Source: Candidatus Marinacidobacterales bacterium (GTDB lineage Bacteria; Acidobacteriota; Vicinamibacteria; Marinacidobacterales; SMYC01). From it: DNA of 64,000 nt. The position numbers and the translations under genes were made by a program. The stretch spans positions 2,126,092 through 2,190,091 of the forward strand of contig OZ240210.1 in NCBI GenBank assembly GCA_965197495.1, written 5' to 3'. Within the stretch, counting starts at the first letter, position 1. Each line of letters begins with the position of its first letter. Of the stretch, positions 59,317 through 64,000 are shown piece by piece. A model generated the notes under the pieces. It made no database searches. It was not told the DNA's origin and saw nothing but the letters and a program-made list of their open reading frames with translations.

Positions 59317-60678
59317 GTGCCAACAGTCGATAAATCGGGCAAACCCTCACTGCCTCTCTCCGGACCCAGGAAGACCGTTTTTTCTCTAATCGCAGCGGTT
59401 CTGATACTTGCTTCTCTCGAGGGCGCGGCTCGCCTGCTGCTTCTAGCCATTGGACCGCCGGAGCGAAACACCGCTCGATTCGTCTCGGGGGCGGTCTGGG
59501 CACACGAACGCAACCCAATCCACATGGTGGACCGAGAGCTCTTTTGGAAACTGGTTCCAGGCCACTCGAGTGGACAGGTGGTTATCAATCAGGAAGGCTT
59601 CCGATCTGAAGAGCTTACCCGCCCAAAGCCCGACGGTACGCTCCGAATCGTTGTTCTCGGGGACTCTGTTACTTTCGGCTTCAACGTTGCCGAAAAGGAA
59701 ACGTACGCTTACAAGTTGGCCCAATACCTAAGTGACAGATCATTTCAGCGTCCCAGGTGGAGGTACAGGAACACGGAAGTGATAAATGCTGGAGTGCCCG
59801 GCTATAGTTCTTGGCAGGGCAGGAAGCTCTATGAGATTGTCGTGCGGGGCTATGAGCCTGATCTGGTTATTGCAATGTTCGGCTACAATGACCACCATTC
59901 AGCCTTGGAGAGCGATCGAGAGAAGTACCAGAGACGAGACGTTGAGTCGTTTGTCAATACGTTCCGCAGCACAGGAATCTACCGGATGATTAACAGGTTT
60001 CGCGGGGAGCCCGTTGATCCGCTGCTTCGCGAAGAGCCTGTTCCCCGGGTGGGTCTGGACGAGTTCAAGGAGAACGTTCTTGATCTACAGAGTATGGTCC
60101 AAGCTGACTCTGCGGATTGCGTCTTTATGACCGTTCCCATCAGGCCCGATATTCCACTCGTTGAGAATTTTGTAGGGGTCGATTACGAGCTTGACGGAGC
60201 AACAAGAAAAGCATGGCTTCGACAAATTGACCTTGCTTTACGGGTTTTGGGAGCTCCATGGTCTGAGCGCCTCACAAAGCACTTCTTTCATTCCGTCGAT
60301 GTGGACGGCCTTACTTTCGAAAGCGAGCCCGATATGTGTCCGAAGGTTCTCGAGGCCTCACGGAGGTTTCCCGATCTTTCTATCTTTCAATACCTGCTGG
60401 CAAGCTGTTATCGGGCGGGCGGTGACGAGGATGAAGCTCGGAAGGCTCTAGAGGAGTGCCGCCGCCTGGATAGAGAAAGACTGGAAATGGAAGCCTATAA
60501 CACTCTGTTGCGACGGATGGCCGGGGAGTCTCGGATCGATCTCGTTGACACAGCCGCACTCTTCGAAGCTCAGGAAGAGAGAGGGGGCCTCTTTCTCGAC
60601 GTGGTCCACCCCTCGGCAAAAGGCCACGCCCTTATCGCGGAGTCCATGGCCGAGCACCTCCTTACGAGCCCACGCTGA
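59317..60678 (+). CDS. Membrane-anchored SGNH/GDSL-family hydrolase (paralog 2)
   Basis: A TM segment is present (VFSLIAAVLILASLEGAARLLLLAI). Block I is LRIVVLGDSVTFGFNV. Block III is GYNDH. Block V is DVVHPSAKGHALIAESM (D-x-x-H). Confidence 0.7.
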   Translation: MPTVDKSGKPSLPLSGPRKTVFSLIAAVLILASLEGAARLLLLAIGPPERNTARFVSGAVWAHERNPIHMVDRELFWKLVPGHSSGQVVINQEGFRSEELTRPKPDGTLRIVVLGDSVTFGFNVAEKETYAYKLAQYLSDRSFQRPRWRYRNTEVINAGVPGYSSWQGRKLYEIVVRGYEPDLVIAMFGYNDHHSALESDREKYQRRDVESFVNTFRSTGIYRMINRFRGEPVDPLLREEPVPRVGLDEFKENVLDLQSMVQADSADCVFMTVPIRPDIPLVENFVGVDYELDGATRKAWLRQIDLALRVLGAPWSERLTKHFFHSVDVDGLTFESEPDMCPKVLEASRRFPDLSIFQYLLASCYRAGGDEDEARKALEECRRLDRERLEMEAYNTLLRRMAGESRIDLVDTAALFEAQEERGGLFLDVVHPSAKGHALIAESMAEHLLTSPR

Positions 60679-60718
60679 TAGCGCGATCACGTAGTTCGGT
60701 TTGGGGGCCGCCCACCCG

Positions 60719-63700
60719 ATGAAGAAATCATCGAAGCACAGAAAAAAGAAGGCCAAGGTCAATGGTCTTTCGAATGATACGGAGATTGGAAAGAAAAAGT
60801 CTGATCACGAAGTGCAACCTCTGAGAGGCATCTTCCGATCTCTTCGAGCGCATCCGGGGACTCTGCTCGTGTTTCCCCTGGTGGTCTTGCTTCTTGGTAC
60901 TCAGTGGTCGTGGCAAAGGCCCGCCATCTCTGCGCGCGCCTTCATGTACCAAGGAGAGTTGGAGCTCGGCGATGCGGCTTTTCTCGAGCTCCGTCCCGAC
61001 GAACCGATCCGTGAATTCACACTCGAGGCCCAGATTGACAACGATCTTGTCCTCGCGATCTCTGCATCGCCCGATGGGCAAAGCTTCCAGCATCTTTGGA
61101 CCGTTCCTGCTGGCCCGGAAGGGCAGTGGGGGCCGAGGGCGTGGAAGAGCCCGGTTTTGAAGGTTGATCCCGCGGTCCGGTTCATTCGGCTAACCCAACT
61201 CGAAGGGGACCGCCGCTACCGTGTATCCAACCTGGTGCTGAGGCCGCCCCCCCACGTAATGGCCCACTGGCTCCTGATACCGATCTTGTGGGCCCTTTGG
61301 GGCGGCCTGGTGCTCGCCGGGCGCTCGAGCGTCTTCAATGTCAGGGCAAGCGCGACACTCACGTGGTGGGCACGAGCCGATCTATGGCTCGCTGGCTTGC
61401 TCATCTATGTGGTGCTCTTCCAGGTATCGGTTGTGATGCTGCCGGCCCTCATATTCCTGGCGTTGATCGTGGGGATACGTCTTGCCTTGAAGCACGCGCA
61501 ACCGGTTCTCGCTATTGTTCTTGTATCGGTCGGCCTCTTGGCGCTCTTGGTCTTGCCCAAAGTGGTTCGCAGTATCGTGGAGGCACAGGTTGCGGAGATC
61601 CAGTACGCCGAGGCGGATCATCGTCTGCTTCCCGATCCTGAAAAGCAGATCAATGAAGACGGAATCCGCTTTAGTGGAACGGCCGATGATCTAAAGGAGG
61701 AGGACTTCGTCATCCTGTTCCTGGGGGACGCCTACACTTATGGTCATGCTATGCGCTATGACCAGGCGTATCCGTATGTCTTCGAAAGAATGGTCAACAA
61801 CGACGCGGGAAGCCGAGTCGTTCGCGCGGTCAATTTTGGCTGGAGCAGCTCCTCACCGTTGCTGAGCCTGCGACTCTTGCAGGATATCGGAAAGAAATAC
61901 AAACCCGATCTGGTGATCTACAACCTGGACATGAACGACTTCCACGACGACCTCGCCTATGACCAGAAGCTCAGCGAGATCGACATGGCGGACGTGGCGG
62001 AGCGCGTTGAGCGCTTCTACGGAAATTATCTGCCGTGGCTGCGGCTTGGCAACGAGCAGGTGGAGAGGATGCGGAGGCTGCTCGGATTCGAACACGAAAC
62101 GCAAGCGCCTGCGAGGCCAGACCGAGACGCCTCGATACCTGAGGATCGGTTCTTCGTCACCAACCAGCCACTGGAAGCGTCCCGTTCCAACATGGAACGC
62201 GGCGCGATGAAGAACCTCCTGGCGATGCACAAGTACTGCGCGGACGTCCTCCAAGCGCCCATGGTGCTGGTGGCCTATCCTCGCCACTACCAGTACTCCA
62301 TTCGGGAGTCCCCCGACAATTGGGAGAAAGATGCTTACACGGCGCAGGGTCCCTACGTCAAAGAGCCTTTTCGATATCTCGAACAGGTTCGAGACGAGCT
62401 CCCCTATCGCGTGATCAACTTGCTACCGGTTTTCGAGTCCAGCGATCACTTCCCACTCTATCTACAGAACGATCCCCACTGGAGCGCAGCAGGACACCGC
62501 ATCGCTGCGCAGGCGGTTGCGAGAGCTCTTTCCACATATGATCTGCTCCGTCTGAGCGAAAGACCCCAGGCTGCCGCCGAAGGCGTCACGGACGCTCCAC
62601 CGACAACTGACCTGGTCTTTCTGCACCGCGAGGAACATGTAGCAGCGGGTGATGCGCGATCGCCTGAGGAGACGGCTCGGGGCATGCGGGTACCCGAGGG
62701 CTTCAGCGTCACGGTTTTTGCCGGGGAACCGGACGTCGTCCAGCCCATTGCAATGACGATCGACGGCCGCGGCCGACTGTGGGTCGCGGAAAACTACTCC
62801 TATCCCGACTGGAGCGAGACCGGAAGCGATCGCATCCTGATTTTCGAGGACCGGGACGGAGACGGCAGGTTCGACGAGCGGAAAGTATTTTGGGACAAAG
62901 GCGGCTTTGTTTCGGCCATCCAGGTCGGCTTTGGCGGTGTCTTCGTCGGCAGTGCGCCCTACCTTCTCTTCGTCCCCGACGCGAACCGCGACGATGTCCC
63001 GGATGGACCTCCCCGAATACTCCTGGATGGCTTTGGCTACCAGGACACCCACGAGATGATGAACAGTATGGTCTGGGGGCCGGATGGGTGGCTCTACGGG
63101 CTCCAGGGCGTGTTCGTCCAATCGCTCGTCGGCTCGCCGGGAACACCTGCACCCGAGCGAGTACGCATGAATGCGGGTGTATGGCGCTATCACCCGACCC
63201 GTCGCGAATTCGAGCTCTTCGCCGAGGGCGGCGGCAACTTGTGGGGGGTGGACTTCGACGACCGCGGCCAGTGCCTCGTCACCGCCAACGTCGTACCGCA
63301 TCTCTACCACATGAGCCTCGGCGGACGTTACGAGCGACAGGCGGGTGCGCACTTCAACGCCCACACCTACAAGGACATCAACGCGATGGCGGATCACCTC
63401 CATTCCAAGGCGGCCTACGCCGGGGCCATGGTCTATCTCGCCGACCATTTCCCGGAGCGCTATCGCAACAAGCTCTTCCTGAACAATATCCACTCGAACC
63501 GGATCCACACCGACGAGCTCGTGCGCCGTGGCTCGACCTTCGTCGGAAAGCTGGGCCCGCACGGTCGCGAGGACGGTGACCCTTCTCGGGGTGAAGACGT
63601 GCCTGCCGGAGTCAGACCCGAGTTCTGGAGGGGGGAATTCGGGAACGGCGGCTTCATGGTCAGCGAAGACTTATGGATACGCGGGCTCAGCCTGCAGCAA

Positions 63701-64000
63701 GGACCCGAGGGCGCGGTCTTCTTGAGCGATTGGTACGACAAATATGCGTGCCATGGACAGCCGGCCTACGACCGCCGCAACGGCCGGGTCTATCGGCTCA
63801 GTTACCGCGGTGTGAAGCCGGTGCGAGTGGACATGGAGAAGCTGAGTGATATGGATCTGGTCAACCACCAGCTCAACGGGAACGACTGGTACGTGCGACA
63901 GGCGCGCCGGATCCTTCAAGAGCGTTCGCACGCCAATGAGCTGGGTCCAGAAGTTCACACCGCGCTACGCGAAATCCTCTACAAAAATCCCGACGAGGCT
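60719..64000 (+). CDS. Large multi-domain membrane protein, partial (runs off the window): Lys-rich N-terminus + TM helices + SGNH-hydrolase domain + PVC-type putative membrane-bound dehydrogenase (TIGR02604-like) domain + HEAT-like repeats
   Basis: Hand translation from ATG 60719 in frame 2 shows no stop through 64000. The start reads MKKSSKHRKKKAKVNG.... It is followed by at least 5 hydrophobic helices (LLVFPLVVLLLG, WLLIPILWALWGGLVLAG, LWLAGLLIYVVLF, MLPALIFLALIVGI, LAIVLVSVGLLALLVL). The SGNH blocks are FVILFLGDAYTYGH, DLVIYNLDMNDF and DPHWSAAGHRIAAQAV. The dehydrogenase-like region reads GMRVPEGFSVTVFAGEPDVVQPIAMTIDGRGRLWVAENYSYP...RILIFEDRDGDGRFDERKVFWDKGG...MVWGPDGWLYGLQG. The HEAT-like region reads ...DLVNHQLNGNDWYVRQARRILQER. 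Starting 40 bp after SGNH paralog 2 suggests co-transcription. Confidence 0.6.
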   Translation, partial: MKKSSKHRKKKAKVNGLSNDTEIGKKKSDHEVQPLRGIFRSLRAHPGTLLVFPLVVLLLGTQWSWQRPAISARAFMYQGELELGDAAFLELRPDEPIREFTLEAQIDNDLVLAISASPDGQSFQHLWTVPAGPEGQWGPRAWKSPVLKVDPAVRFIRLTQLEGDRRYRVSNLVLRPPPHVMAHWLLIPILWALWGGLVLAGRSSVFNVRASATLTWWARADLWLAGLLIYVVLFQVSVVMLPALIFLALIVGIRLALKHAQPVLAIVLVSVGLLALLVLPKVVRSIVEAQVAEIQYAEADHRLLPDPEKQINEDGIRFSGTADDLKEEDFVILFLGDAYTYGHAMRYDQAYPYVFERMVNNDAGSRVVRAVNFGWSSSSPLLSLRLLQDIGKKYKPDLVIYNLDMNDFHDDLAYDQKLSEIDMADVAERVERFYGNYLPWLRLGNEQVERMRRLLGFEHETQAPARPDRDASIPEDRFFVTNQPLEASRSNMERGAMKNLLAMHKYCADVLQAPMVLVAYPRHYQYSIRESPDNWEKDAYTAQGPYVKEPFRYLEQVRDELPYRVINLLPVFESSDHFPLYLQNDPHWSAAGHRIAAQAVARALSTYDLLRLSERPQAAAEGVTDAPPTTDLVFLHREEHVAAGDARSPEETARGMRVPEGFSVTVFAGEPDVVQPIAMTIDGRGRLWVAENYSYPDWSETGSDRILIFEDRDGDGRFDERKVFWDKGGFVSAIQVGFGGVFVGSAPYLLFVPDANRDDVPDGPPRILLDGFGYQDTHEMMNSMVWGPDGWLYGLQGVFVQSLVGSPGTPAPERVRMNAGVWRYHPTRREFELFAEGGGNLWGVDFDDRGQCLVTANVVPHLYHMSLGGRYERQAGAHFNAHTYKDINAMADHLHSKAAYAGAMVYLADHFPERYRNKLFLNNIHSNRIHTDELVRRGSTFVGKLGPHGREDGDPSRGEDVPAGVRPEFWRGEFGNGGFMVSEDLWIRGLSLQQGPEGAVFLSDWYDKYACHGQPAYDRRNGRVYRLSYRGVKPVRVDMEKLSDMDLVNHQLNGNDWYVRQARRILQERSHANELGPEVHTALREILYKNPDEA

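Noticed and set aside
60719-64000. Possibility that the giant ORF is two genes (SGNH gene + dehydrogenase-domain gene)
   Set aside because: This is not fully rejected. Codon-by-codon reading found no stop in the linker (...SERPQAAAEGVTDAPPTTDLVFLHREEHVAAGDARSPEETARGMRVPEGF...), so I report it as a fusion. A single missed indel would separate the two genes.

Overview
This is a high-GC (about 65% by eye) bacterial chromosomal segment. Several gene types point to an Acidobacteriota- or Gemmatimonadota-like soil bacterium: a Ser/Thr kinase fused to a TolB-like beta-propeller, sortilin/BNR-repeat proteins, a GWxTD protein, a TonB-dependent receptor with a carboxypeptidase-regulatory-like N-terminus, and a DUF1552 + PSD-cytochrome pair. 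This lineage call is inferred from gene content only.

The window is dominated by secreted or periplasmic hydrolases:
- five amidohydrolase-superfamily genes, including one tandem paralog pair;
- two S9 peptidases (one DPP-IV-like, one with a TolB-like N-terminus);
- an M20 peptidase fragment;
- a DUF3179 protein and a DUF1028 Ntn-hydrolase-like protein;
- three SGNH/GDSL hydrolase domains.

Other recognisable genes are malate synthase G (glcB) and a TRAP-transporter locus: a GntR regulator, dctQ, dctM, a DUF1028 protein, a GT39-like glycosyltransferase, an SDR oxidoreductase, an AstE/AspA-family deacylase and dctP.

Superimposed on this is a strong signature of mobile-element activity and gene decay:
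- a partial IS transposase at the window start abuts a 5'-truncated, frameshifted kinase-TolB pseudogene;
- a nested IS1634-family insertion (IS-A inside IS-B) has split a ParE-like toxin gene next to an intact Phd/YefM antitoxin;
- a partial third IS-B copy lies next to a 263-bp direct duplication of the dctP 3' end;
- an inverted relic of the NHL gene and its upstream repeat region sits beside the antitoxin;
- several short gene relics are present (a kinase fragment, an MhpD-like hydratase fragment, a duplicated amidohydrolase 3' fragment, a threonine/serine-dehydratase-like fragment, a truncated M20 peptidase).

At least five otherwise intact genes carry single-base frameshifts. Where I could localise the indel it falls in a short homopolymer, so assembly indel errors are as likely as genuine pseudogenisation.

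The most unusual element is at the 3' end. A low-GC block encodes an SGNH hydrolase followed by a very large ORF that runs off the window. That ORF appears to fuse a multi-TM N-terminus, an SGNH-hydrolase domain and a PVC-type putative membrane-bound dehydrogenase (TIGR02604-like) domain.

I found no CRISPR array, rRNA, or convincing tRNA. The six-frame track omits ORFs that run off the window edges; I translated two such ORFs by hand (positions 1-356 on the minus strand and 60719-64000 on the plus strand).
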